A stretch of DNA of 64,000 bases, taken from contig VGLU01000002.1 of the NCBI GenBank assembly GCA_016882195.1, positions 43,884 through 107,883 on the forward strand, written 5' to 3'. The DNA comes from Thermoproteota archaeon (GTDB taxonomy: Archaea; Thermoproteota; Methanomethylicia; Methanomethylicales; Methanomethylicaceae). The notes beneath the pieces were generated by a model. It made no database searches, was not told the DNA's origin, and saw only the letters and a program-made list of their open reading frames with translations. Positions 48,181 through 56,406 of the stretch are shown one piece after another; the first letter of the stretch is position 1, and each line of letters begins with the position of its first letter. The translations under genes were made by a program, and so were the position numbers.

Positions 48181-48423
48181 CTAAAAGGTATCTGCCACTA
48201 TGAGCGTCGTCGTGGACTGAACCTCATTTATCCGCCGGATCTTCCAGATTATGTCCTCCTTCAGCTTGTCCGGCTGGTCCCCTATCTCCACCTTTGCGAT
48301 GATGTCGTGCATCCCGTACAGGGTATGTACCTCCATGATGCCCTTGAGCTTCCTGAGCTCCTTCAGCACCTTATCCTCGGAGCCCTTTGCCGTGTTTATC
48401 AATACGTAGGCTATAGGCATCAT
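48181..48423 (-). CDS. Stand-alone Lrp/AsnC C-terminal (RAM) domain protein.
   Basis: 80 aa. YVLINTAKG...LYGMHDIIAKVE pattern. Paralog of the 7352..7597 gene. Confidence 0.6.
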   Translation of the reverse strand: MMPIAYVLINTAKGSEDKVLKELRKLKGIMEVHTLYGMHDIIAKVEIGDQPDKLKEDIIWKIRRINEVQSTTTLIVADTF

Positions 48424-48523
48424 ATTGCACCCAGAGAATCAATAATATATGCGACTTAAGTAGATTGCCATTCGGGGGTTAAAGACGAGCAGACCGACAA
48501 AGCCGTCGATATACATCTACCAC

Positions 48524-49015
48524 ATGCGGGAGTGCGATCCCAAGAAGTGCACCGCGCTGAAGCTGGGGAGGCTTGGGCTTGCCAAGGTGGTCTACAACGT
48601 AAAGGGGCTACCCAGAGGATCACTTCTACTTTACCCATTCGCCAAAGAAGTGCTGTCGCCTCAAGATAGATCCTTTGTTGCGGAGAGAGGCATTTCAGCT
48701 ATAGACTGCTCGTGGAACCGGATTGAAAAGTTGCCATCAACGGGGCACTTCGTCGCTAGGCATCTTCCGTTCCTTCTGGCGGCAAATCCCATACATTACT
48801 CGATACCTTACAAGCTTAGCACCCTCGAGGCCGTCGCCGCAACCCTATACATTACAGGCTTCGAGGAGGAGGCCGGCTCATTACTCTCGAAGATGAAGTG
48901 GGGCCCGACATTTCTTACACTGAACAAAGAGCCACTCTCGTTTTACTCAACCGCTAAAGACGGTGACGCAATAAAGAAAATAGAGGAAGATTACAAGAAA
49001 GGATATAACATCTAA
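48524..49015 (+). CDS. tsr3: 16S rRNA aminocarboxypropyltransferase Tsr3. The conserved N-terminal strand is encoded in frame upstream of the annotated ATG.
   Basis: DPKKCTALKL...AIDCSWN...AANPIHYSIPYKLSTLEAVAATLYI...KWGPTFLTLNKE matches archaeal Tsr3. Upstream in-frame codons give ..SIYIYH before MREC, matching the Tsr3 start (YIIDYH). There is no ATG, GTG or TTG between stop 48461 and ATG 48524. ATA sits at 48509. Confidence 0.65.
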   Translation: MRECDPKKCTALKLGRLGLAKVVYNVKGLPRGSLLLYPFAKEVLSPQDRSFVAERGISAIDCSWNRIEKLPSTGHFVARHLPFLLAANPIHYSIPYKLSTLEAVAATLYITGFEEEAGSLLSKMKWGPTFLTLNKEPLSFYSTAKDGDAIKKIEEDYKKGYNI

Positions 49016-49023
49016 TTAAAAAG

Positions 49024-49336
49024 AGGGCGTGTTGGCCGTAACCCACCTTCTGTTCTAGGCGGCATTTGACTATGCGGGCTACCCGGGCTTCCCGTAGGCG
49101 TCATCAGCCTCTATTTGCCCTTTCTCCCCGCGGTTTGGCCGTTTCAACGCAGCCGGCGGCATCCTCGGCGGGAAATCGTACACCCGCCTCATCGTCGCGC
49201 CACCGGACGTCCCGTTTCTGTTCCAAGAGCAGGGGTCTCCCCCTACGCCTCGCGGCGCCGCGGTCCTACATGGAGGGTGGAGTTTCCTCAGGCCTTCCGT
49301 TGCCGGAGGCCCGTGAGCCGCCCACCAACTCGCCCA
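49024..49336 (-). ncRNA. rnpB: RNase P RNA (archaeal type A).
   Basis: Minus-strand RNA has a P1 helix (GGGCG...CGCCC), CR-I-like GAGGAAACTCCACCC and CR-V-like ACAGAAGGTGGGTTAC whose complementary cores form P4. It also has AGGGCAAATAGAGGCTGATGACGCCTACGGG, matching AGGGCA..ACGCCT.GGG. It is GC-rich and structured, and overlaps a spurious ORF. Confidence 0.6.
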
Positions 49337-49501
49337 ATAGATTCATTACTTACCCTAAGATAAAAATTCCTACTGTACCTGTAAGCCATAGTCCCCATGG
49401 GACTGATCTAATAATGGAAATCAAAATTAGTTAGAGCTTGTTAAAAATCAATCGTAATTGTTATATCGGTTATACATCAAAAAGATTAGTTGTGAGTTCT
49501 G

Positions 49502-49684
49502 ATGTTCGAGGAAGACGAAAAAAAGACTTTGAGATGCTTTGACTGCAAAGGTATCCTCGAAATAATTGAATACGATGCCAAAAAGAGCACTAAAATAATG
49601 AGATGCAAGACATGTGGGCTGAATCATCTTTATCAAAAAGGTCTTCTTGGCGACTGGAAACTTGTTAAAGCTGCTAAAAAATAG
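49502..49684 (+). CDS. Small zinc-ribbon protein (CxxC...CxxC).
   Basis: 60 aa: CFDCKG...CKTCG. The antisense 114-aa ORF is less protein-like. Confidence 0.35.
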   Translation: MFEEDEKKTLRCFDCKGILEIIEYDAKKSTKIMRCKTCGLNHLYQKGLLGDWKLVKAAKK

Positions 49685-49745
49685 ATGCCCTTGCGCTTCA
49701 ACTAGGCAAATCCCATTGTCATAGTAAAAAAGGTCACCATAGCAT

Positions 49746-51287
49746 TCACTTGTAGCCATATATTTTTGAGTACTTGGAATCCAAGTAATCAATGAAGTGT
49801 TTGGGCGTTATCCCCTCCCCTGAAACCCTCCTGAGGAGGTCCAAAGGGTCGTACAGGTTCCCGTAGGCGTGGACGTTCCTCATGAGCCACTCCCGGACCT
49901 CGTGGAAGTTGCCCTTTGAAAGGCTCTCGCGCCACTGCGGCATCTCCCTCTCCATCCTGTAGAGGATCTGCCCCCCGTAGATGTTCCCCAGCGCATACGA
50001 CGGGAAGTACCCGAAGTACCCATGCGCCCAGTGTACGTCCTGCAGGACCCCCTCCGAGTCGTTCTCGATCTCCACCCCGAGGTAGTCCCGGTACTTCTGG
50101 TTCCACACAGCAGGGAGCTCCCCCACCGTTACCTTGCCCGCAAACAGATCCCTTTCCAGCTCGAATCTTATTATCACGTGCAGAGAGTATGTGGCCTCGT
50201 CAGCCTCGATGCGGATCTTCGATGGTCTGACCACGTTCACGGCGGGCACAAACCCCTCCAGATCAACATCGGCGAGGGCATTGCTCGTGATCCTCTTCAG
50301 CTCCGGCAGGTAGTGCTCCCAGAACTCGTACGACCTCCCAACCATGTTCTCCACGAACCTTGACTGGGACTCGTGGAACCCGTAGGAGCATCCCGTTCCG
50401 ACCGGCTGGTACATCCACTCCCCTTTCAGGTTCTGATCGTACATGGCGTGCCCGCCCTCGTGCAGCACCGAGAAGAGGGAAGAGGCGAAGTTCTCCTCGA
50501 AGTAGTGTGTCGTGATCCTCACGTCGTCGTAGTAACCGATCGTGAAGGGGTGCTCGGTCTCGTCTATCCTGCCCCTCGCCTTCTCAGACTCCATGTCGTA
50601 GCCGATGAACCTGGCTATTGACCTAGAGATCTCCTCCTGCGCCTTGACGGGCACCCTCCTTTTCAGCACCGACGTATCCGGCTTGACGGCCGAGCCCACG
50701 CACTTCCTTATAATGGGAATCAGCCCGCCCCTAAGCTCATCAAACGTCCTGGCGATGATGTCCTGGGTCACCTTTGGCTCGAAAAGATCGATCATGGCGT
50801 CGTAGGGTGTCTTGACCCCCTTTGGCTCCATCAGTATCTCCGCGCTCTGCCTCTTCAGCTCGAACATCTTCTCCAAATCTGGCTTGAACATCGAGAAGTC
50901 CTTAGCCGCCTTCGCCTTCTTCCACTTCTCGTATGCCACGGCCTGCTGCCTCGCCATCTCCGAGACGAGCTTCTCTGGGAGCCTCGTGTTCTCATCGTAA
51001 AACTTCCTGACGAGGTAGACGTTTCTCCTCTGGAACTCGCTGAGTTCTTGGTACTGCTGGTGCCCCTCTACCCTCCCCAGAAGGGCTCCTATCTCGGGAT
51101 CGGTCGTCATTCTGTGGTCTATCTGGCTGAGCAGGGCGAGTTGCTGGCTCCGCAGACCGAACGCCCCCGGAGGCATCTTCGTCTCCATATCCCATTTAAT
51201 GATCGAGTCCACGGAGGATAGGATTATTATCTCTTTGTCCTTTTCCATCAGCCTGTTGTAGTCGTCAATCAGCGCAGATTCTGGCAT
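49746..51287 (-). CDS. Carboxypeptidase Taq-type metallopeptidase (M32 family).
   Basis: 513 aa. HEGGHAMYDQ is the HExxH zinc motif in M32 context. Confidence 0.85.
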   Translation of the reverse strand: MPESALIDDYNRLMEKDKEIIILSSVDSIIKWDMETKMPPGAFGLRSQQLALLSQIDHRMTTDPEIGALLGRVEGHQQYQELSEFQRRNVYLVRKFYDENTRLPEKLVSEMARQQAVAYEKWKKAKAAKDFSMFKPDLEKMFELKRQSAEILMEPKGVKTPYDAMIDLFEPKVTQDIIARTFDELRGGLIPIIRKCVGSAVKPDTSVLKRRVPVKAQEEISRSIARFIGYDMESEKARGRIDETEHPFTIGYYDDVRITTHYFEENFASSLFSVLHEGGHAMYDQNLKGEWMYQPVGTGCSYGFHESQSRFVENMVGRSYEFWEHYLPELKRITSNALADVDLEGFVPAVNVVRPSKIRIEADEATYSLHVIIRFELERDLFAGKVTVGELPAVWNQKYRDYLGVEIENDSEGVLQDVHWAHGYFGYFPSYALGNIYGGQILYRMEREMPQWRESLSKGNFHEVREWLMRNVHAYGNLYDPLDLLRRVSGEGITPKHFIDYLDSKYSKIYGYK

Positions 51288-51360
51288 AGTAAATCACCAT
51301 AATGGATAAGGTTAGCGACGCACCCTAATATATGTCGAATGATCTTCCCTCCATAGTCAG

Positions 51361-51405
51361 CTAGAAGACCGGATCAGCACCTCAGGCGATTGGGGACGGC
51401 GGGCT
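51361..51405 (-). repeat. Repeat copy E: 45-nt perfect copy of the 23S rRNA 3'-terminal segment (helix-1 3' strand and preceding 30 nt).
   Basis: Identical to 57961-58005. Same orientation as the 23S gene. Confidence 0.8.
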
Positions 51406-51448
51406 TCCTTAATGAAAACACAATGCACATTACTGCCTATTTTAGGAA

Positions 51449-52174
51449 CTATGCGATTTGAACACTGCAGAAGGATGGGTCGGTCTTTTTTAGTTCAGCC
51501 CGCCCCTCGATGGTAAGCTGCCTGAAGTTCACTTTCTTAAGGTGCTTCTTGGCATCCCTAACAGCTATAGATAGTTCTTGAGGGGTAGGGGGTTTTAATG
51601 TAATTCCTGGTACGGGTATGTATGCGGTGATGTGGAATCCGATCTCAGGGTCTATCGAAGCAACAAATTCAGCGATACGTTCGACCTCATCAGTAGTTAC
51701 TATTTCGGGGATGAGGACCGTGCTTGCTTCAAGGCGGATGCCCCTCTCGTACGCATCTCTGAAATTGGCTAAGACAGATTTGTTGGTGGTGCCCGTGTAA
51801 GCAAAATGGGCACGTTCATCATATGCCTTTATGCTTATGGACGCCTCGTCAATGTAGTCCGGCATTCTTATCGAGCCGTTTGAATGACCTATTTTTGTTA
51901 CAGCGCCCAACTCTTCATGTGCAAACTTTGCAATTCTGCTGAGCGCCGGATTTGAGGTAGGTTCGCCTCCTAGGAAATGAACCCTTTTAGGCCTTAGGGA
52001 TGCCAATATTCCAATAATTCTACTTTCATCTAGCGCCTTTGCACACGACTCTGCCATCTCAGCGGGATTGATCTTATAGGCGCACCCAACACATTTGAAG
52101 TTGCATCCTGAATTATAGATGCATATCCTAGAGCTGCCACAATTCTCATTTAGAGTGATCTTGTAGAAAGTCAA
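51449..52174 (-). CDS. Radical SAM protein (small activase-like; NrdG/PflA/QueE-like size class).
   Basis: 241 aa. CxxxCxxC cluster (SGCNFKCVGC) near the N-terminus. Confidence 0.65.
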   Translation of the reverse strand: MTFYKITLNENCGSSRICIYNSGCNFKCVGCAYKINPAEMAESCAKALDESRIIGILASLRPKRVHFLGGEPTSNPALSRIAKFAHEELGAVTKIGHSNGSIRMPDYIDEASISIKAYDERAHFAYTGTTNKSVLANFRDAYERGIRLEASTVLIPEIVTTDEVERIAEFVASIDPEIGFHITAYIPVPGITLKPPTPQELSIAVRDAKKHLKKVNFRQLTIEGRAELKKTDPSFCSVQIA

Positions 52175-52269
52175 GCAGACCCTGCCCCACGTATACCTTA
52201 ACTTGAGATTTCACCTAAATATAAGTATTATTTTTTTTAAAAAAAGTGGTACTTTCGCATAAGTGAGCC

Positions 52270-52339
52270 GTGCACAGACTCCGGCTTCCTCGTTTTCACC
52301 CAGGCTTGGGACCAGATCTGCACCTCAGACGATTGGGGG
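52270..52339 (-). repeat. Repeat copy D: diverged copy (about 75-80% identity) of the 23S 3' end plus trailer element.
   Basis: GTGCACAGACTCCGGCTTCCTCGTTTTCACCCAGGCTTGGGACCAGATCTGCACCTCAGACGATTGGGGG aligns with 57927-57995. Confidence 0.65.
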
Positions 52340-52473
52340 CAACGCAACGTACGCCTCGGTCTCGAATACATCAACCGATAACTGGATCAGCACTTTCATC
52401 AAAAGGGTCAAGACGACTTAAATTTAAATACCTTGATTGAACTTAAACAATTCTTGCCTTCGAGGTTTTCGAT

Positions 52474-53682
52474 GTGAAATACGTAGTCTTCTTGGGGGAC
52501 GGCATGGCAGACTATCCCATAAAGGAATTGGGCAATAAGACCCCCCTGCAGGTCGCTGACAAGCCAAACATCGATTCCTTGGTGAAAAAAGCAAGATGCG
52601 GGCTCCTCAGGACGCTGCCGGAGGGGATGCCGCTTGGGAGCGATGTCGCAAACTTAAGCGTATTGGGCTACGATCCGCGCGTCTTCTCCGAGGGTAGGGG
52701 GGTACTGGAAGCCGCCAACATGGGCTTGAAGATAGCGGAGGACGAGGTAGTCCTCAGGTGCAATTTGATCTGCGTTCAAGACGGGAAGATAAAGAACCAT
52801 AGTGCTGGTCACATCTCGAGCGTAGAGGCTGCCGCCCTGATAAGGGACCTGGACAAAAAGCTCGGTTCCGCTAAAATAAGGTTCTACCCAGGCGTGAGCT
52901 ATAGGCACATTCTCGTCCTGAAGGGAGACGAGTTCTCAAAAAACGTGAAGTGCATCCCTCCCCACGACGTTCCAGGGATAGAGATGGCGAAGGTGATGGT
53001 CAAGGGTGACGCCCACACGAACGCAGTCCTGAACGACCTCATCCTTAAGTCGAACGAGCTGCTTGAAGACCATCCCGTGAACCTTGACAGGGCGAAGCGG
53101 GGAAAGGACAAGGCAAATTATATCTGGCCGTGGTCGCCCGGGAAGAGGCCAAAGCTGGAGAAGTTCTTCGATAAGTACGGAAAAAAGGGAGCCGTGATCT
53201 CCGCTGTTGACTTGTTGCAGGGCATTGGGGTCTACGCCGGGTTCGAGGTCATAAAGGTCGAGGGTGCCACAGGCCTGGCGAACACAAACTATGAAGGGAA
53301 GGCAGACGCAGTGGTTAAGGCTCTAAAGAGCCATGATTTTGTCTACTGCCACGTTGAGGCAAGCGATGAGGCATCTCATGAAGCAGATTATGAACTCAAG
53401 GTAAAGACGATCGAGTATTTTGACAAACGCCTGATCGGGAACGCGCTGAGGAGGCTGAGCGAGATAAAGGATGAGATCTCCATCGCGGTCCTGCCCGACC
53501 ACTACACGCCGTGCGTAAAGAGGACGCACTCGTCCGAGCCCGTTCCTTTCTTGATCTACAATCCAAAAATCAAGGTCAAGGGATCATCCGTCGAGAAGTT
53601 CGATGAGGAGAACTGCAAGAAGGGAGTTCTTGGGCTACTGGAGGGTGAAGAGTTCATTAAGGAATTCTTTGCTTTCCGCTAG
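52474..53682 (+). CDS. apgM: 2,3-bisphosphoglycerate-independent phosphoglycerate mutase, archaeal type (ApgM).
   Basis: 402 aa. N-terminal KYVVFLGDGMADYP. and the ApgM metalloenzyme core. Confidence 0.85.
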   Translation: MKYVVFLGDGMADYPIKELGNKTPLQVADKPNIDSLVKKARCGLLRTLPEGMPLGSDVANLSVLGYDPRVFSEGRGVLEAANMGLKIAEDEVVLRCNLICVQDGKIKNHSAGHISSVEAAALIRDLDKKLGSAKIRFYPGVSYRHILVLKGDEFSKNVKCIPPHDVPGIEMAKVMVKGDAHTNAVLNDLILKSNELLEDHPVNLDRAKRGKDKANYIWPWSPGKRPKLEKFFDKYGKKGAVISAVDLLQGIGVYAGFEVIKVEGATGLANTNYEGKADAVVKALKSHDFVYCHVEASDEASHEADYELKVKTIEYFDKRLIGNALRRLSEIKDEISIAVLPDHYTPCVKRTHSSEPVPFLIYNPKIKVKGSSVEKFDEENCKKGVLGLLEGEEFIKEFFAFR

Positions 53683-53755
53683 ACAGATAATCAGAAGAGT
53701 TGACTTTTCCCCTTTTTGATACGTCTCCAAAAATCAAGCCGCAGTGCCATCGTTT

Positions 53756-54292
53756 TCACTGGTAGCGTCCCGTCCTCCCCACTTTCCTCCTGTACAATGA
53801 CGAAATTATCATAAAAACATAGTAAATTATCCCGAACACCCCCGCCCAAAAGGACAGGCTGTAGATTTGAAGAGAAACCCCAGGATCGTACAAGGGGTTA
53901 ACGGCGAGCGGGTAAAACGGAAGAATGTCCGGATACAGCGGGGCATCGAGCAGCACATGTATGACTGTTCCTAATACGCCGGAGATTGCGAAGGTATTCG
54001 TTTTGAACTTTGCATCACCCTCGAGCAGTAGTAACCTGTAGAGCGGGCTGAGAGTGCCCTCCAGTAGCGACGCTAAGGACCCAAGCACCGCACCCGTGAC
54101 TGCCGCAACAATCAGCGTATGGAAGTAACCGTGTAAGGGATAGTTAAGACCCATGAGAAGCACCAGGAAGGGCTCAATGTCCAATACCACGCTGGCAACC
54201 AAAAAGGTGGGGGTGTGCAGGAACCGCCTGAATGGCAGTCCTATGGCTATCGCCGGTCCGAGGTGGTAAGGCGTAAAAGGCATACTCTTCAC
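53756..54292 (-). CDS. Membrane protein (DUF4184/YdjM-like metal-dependent membrane hydrolase fold).
   Basis: 178 aa. Multiple TM helices with conserved His positions. Confidence 0.45.
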   Translation of the reverse strand: MKSMPFTPYHLGPAIAIGLPFRRFLHTPTFLVASVVLDIEPFLVLLMGLNYPLHGYFHTLIVAAVTGAVLGSLASLLEGTLSPLYRLLLLEGDAKFKTNTFAISGVLGTVIHVLLDAPLYPDILPFYPLAVNPLYDPGVSLQIYSLSFWAGVFGIIYYVFMIISSLYRRKVGRTGRYQ

Positions 54293-54411
54293 TTGAGTAT
54301 CAGCCTCACTTCTATAGAAGTCTGCCTGCCATCCATTGCGCTGGAGCCGTTCCCATCAAGGTTCGAAGGATTTATATGACAATTAATGGTAATGGTATAT
54401 GGTGATGCCAT

Positions 54412-54645
54412 TTGAAAGTGGCAATCGACAAGCAGGGTCGCATAGTCATACCGAAAGAGGTCAGGGATAAATACGGTCTCTCTGAGAATGACAGGTTCGA
54501 GCTTATAGTTCGGGAGGGGGCTATAGAATTGATCCCACTCAAGGAAGGCGACCCGGCGGATTACCTCCTTAGGGAGCCCTGCACGATCGGCTCTCCGGAG
54601 GCCCACGACAAGGCATTTTCGCGGGGGAGGGCATGGAAGCGATGA
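54412..54645 (+). CDS. vapB: AbrB/MazE/SpoVT-family antitoxin (VapB-like).
   Basis: 77 aa. VAIDKQGRIVIPKEVRDKYGL swapped-hairpin motif. Overlaps the downstream PIN gene. Confidence 0.7.
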   Translation: MKVAIDKQGRIVIPKEVRDKYGLSENDRFELIVREGAIELIPLKEGDPADYLLREPCTIGSPEAHDKAFSRGRAWKR

Positions 54646-55088
54646 GGCTCCTCGACGCCGACATCCTATCGTATGCACTCGCCCGGGGGCACGACGCGCA
54701 CCCCTACTGCTGGCCGTTGCTCCAAGAAGCCCTCCAAGGGAAGATCAGCGTAGCGGTAGCCGCCACGAGCCTGCTGGAAGCGTACCACGCGTTGGTGGAG
54801 GACTACCGCGTGGAAAGGGAGAAGGCATACCTGAAGCTCGACGCGCTGTCAAGGAGCAGGAGGGTAAAGGTCCTGCCCGTAACGGTCGAGACCGCCAGGA
54901 GCGCGCTGGAGATCGCCAAGATCCACCAGGCGAGGTCGTACGACGCCAACTTGATCGCGTCCGCGGAGACCAACAGCATATCCGTGATCGTGAGCAACGA
55001 CCGGCACATCGCAGGGCTCTGCAAGGAGCGGAACCTGATACTCGAGAATCCCATACCTGAAGAAGTCATAAGGGGTATGAAGTTCTAG
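54633..55088 (+). CDS. vapC: PIN-domain ribonuclease toxin (VapC).
   Basis: 151 aa. LLDADIL...SYDANLIASAE...VIVSNDRH carries the conserved acidic PIN residues. Confidence 0.75.
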   Translation: MEAMRLLDADILSYALARGHDAHPYCWPLLQEALQGKISVAVAATSLLEAYHALVEDYRVEREKAYLKLDALSRSRRVKVLPVTVETARSALEIAKIHQARSYDANLIASAETNSISVIVSNDRHIAGLCKERNLILENPIPEEVIRGMKF

Positions 55089-55194
55089 CAATCAGACTCT
55101 GTTCACTGAACTAGTTTGAAATGCGCATTCGATATGGTTTCTTATCAACTTTATGAGTCATCAAAAATGAATGCAGACAATAGCGTCATTAACG

Positions 55195-55264
55195 CCATGC
55201 ACGGTTCCAGCTTTCTCGGTTTCACCCAGGCTTAGAACTGGGTTCACACCTTAGGCGATTGGGG
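55195..55264 (-). repeat. Repeat copy C: copy of the 23S 3' end plus trailer element, about 80% identity.
   Basis: CCATGCACGGTTCCAGCTTTCTCGGTTTCACCCAGGCTTAGAACTGGGTTCACACCTTAGGCGATTGGGG. Shares the extra flank ATTAACGCCATGCACGG with copy B. Confidence 0.7.
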
Positions 55265-55635
55265 CTCCCTCAAGTATCTTTTTAGGTTCTCCTCTTCCTC
55301 CTGGTGCTTTTTTACCGACTTGAGCGTATCCTTGACCCGCTCCGAACGAGCAGAAATGGGTCGGAGCCTATAGTAAACGATGGCTGTGAAAATGCAGACG
55401 CCCCCCCCTTTTGTTCTATAGTCATTACGCTTTTGAAGTATAAGATCCTCCACAACGAGTTCGTGATGTAGAACGATCAATTTGTTCGGAAGATCTTCAT
55501 GTACTCCACCTTCATCTCAAATTTCACGCGCTCTTTGGGGTGCCATCTGATGTAATTCTCATCGATTTTGGGAAAGAGGTCCCATATTCTCTCCGGCACC
55601 GTTCTTATCTCTACAGAATCCTCGATTGCGGTCAT
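55244..55635 (-). pseudogene. SRPBCC (polyketide cyclase/START-like) family gene split by a frameshift near 55480. The C-terminus and stop codon lie inside repeat copy C.
   Basis: The N-terminal 58-aa ORF (55635 down to stop 55477-79) is MTAIEDSVEIRTVPERIWDLFPKIDENYIRWHP..., typical of an SRPBCC start. The 78-aa ORF 55244..55480 in the +1 frame continues ...GGGVCIFTAIVYYRL.... Its last 9 codons overlap the repeat. Confidence 0.45.
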
Positions 55636-55663
55636 CCATTGCCCCTTCTCCGGAGCTGGTCCG

Positions 55664-56164
55664 TCATCTGCCTATCTGCTGTCTTATCACCCGGATTACC
55701 TCTTCAGGCTTACTGGTTGAAAAGACGACCTCTTCATACCTCGCCCTCTTTAACAGCAGGACAACGCGGGGCGTCCTCGGTATGTTGTAAGCCAACCTCT
55801 TCCTCCCCTTGTATATGCCGATGCGTATGCCGTACCCCCCATACCTGATGGCTGACGCCTCATCCGGGTAGCAGTCTGCGATGTCCTCAAACAGATAGGT
55901 GCGCTTGAGAACTCCGTAACCGACAGTTACCGCCTCCCCAGTGATGGCTATTGACAACCTGCTGAAGGTTACCGTGATCGCTAGGAAGAGGATGAACATT
56001 GCCAGGAAGAAGTCGTTCGGGGCAGGGCGGGTGCCGATCGGCCCTACCAGCGCCTGATACAGGTAGATCGCGAGGAATAGCGCAGTGAGGACGCCCGTTA
56101 TGCCTCCGAATGTCTTGCACAGGAGCGTCTCTTCATAGAGCCTTTGCGGCACATCCATCCACAA
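55664..56164 (-). CDS. Membrane protein with two TM helices and a cytoplasmic PH-like (bPH/YdbS-like) domain.
   Basis: 166 aa. Hydrophobic N-terminal half plus a soluble C-terminal domain. Confidence 0.45.
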   Translation of the reverse strand: MWMDVPQRLYEETLLCKTFGGITGVLTALFLAIYLYQALVGPIGTRPAPNDFFLAMFILFLAITVTFSRLSIAITGEAVTVGYGVLKRTYLFEDIADCYPDEASAIRYGGYGIRIGIYKGRKRLAYNIPRTPRVVLLLKRARYEEVVFSTSKPEEVIRVIRQQIGR

Positions 56165-56206
56165 ATGGGCTGTCGTCTTTCATTTATAAATGTGTTTTTA
56201 TTAACG

Positions 56207-56276
56207 CCATGCACGGTTCCAGCTTTCCCGGTTTCACCCAGGCTTAGAAGACCGGATCTGCACCTCAGGCCATTGG
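56207..56276 (-). repeat. Repeat copy B: copy of the 23S 3' end plus trailer element, about 93% identity.
   Basis: CCATGCACGGTTCCAGCTTTCCCGGTTTCACCCAGGCTTAGAAGACCGGATCTGCACCTCAGGCCATTGG aligns with 57927-57996. Confidence 0.75.
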
Positions 56277-56406
56277 ATTCGTAACCCATCCATGAATCCC
56301 TCCACGACGAACTAACACTCTAGGAATGAATATTGCCCCGGCACGCCCTGATGCGTCCCATATCGCTTGGGCAAAAGCGTAATTAACGCCCTCCTCGCCA
56401 TAACAA

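Noticed and set aside
49066-49434. 122-aa GC-rich ORF (Arg/Pro/Ser-rich)
   Set aside because: It overlaps the RNase P RNA gene on the opposite strand and has a low-complexity composition. It is a spurious ORF.
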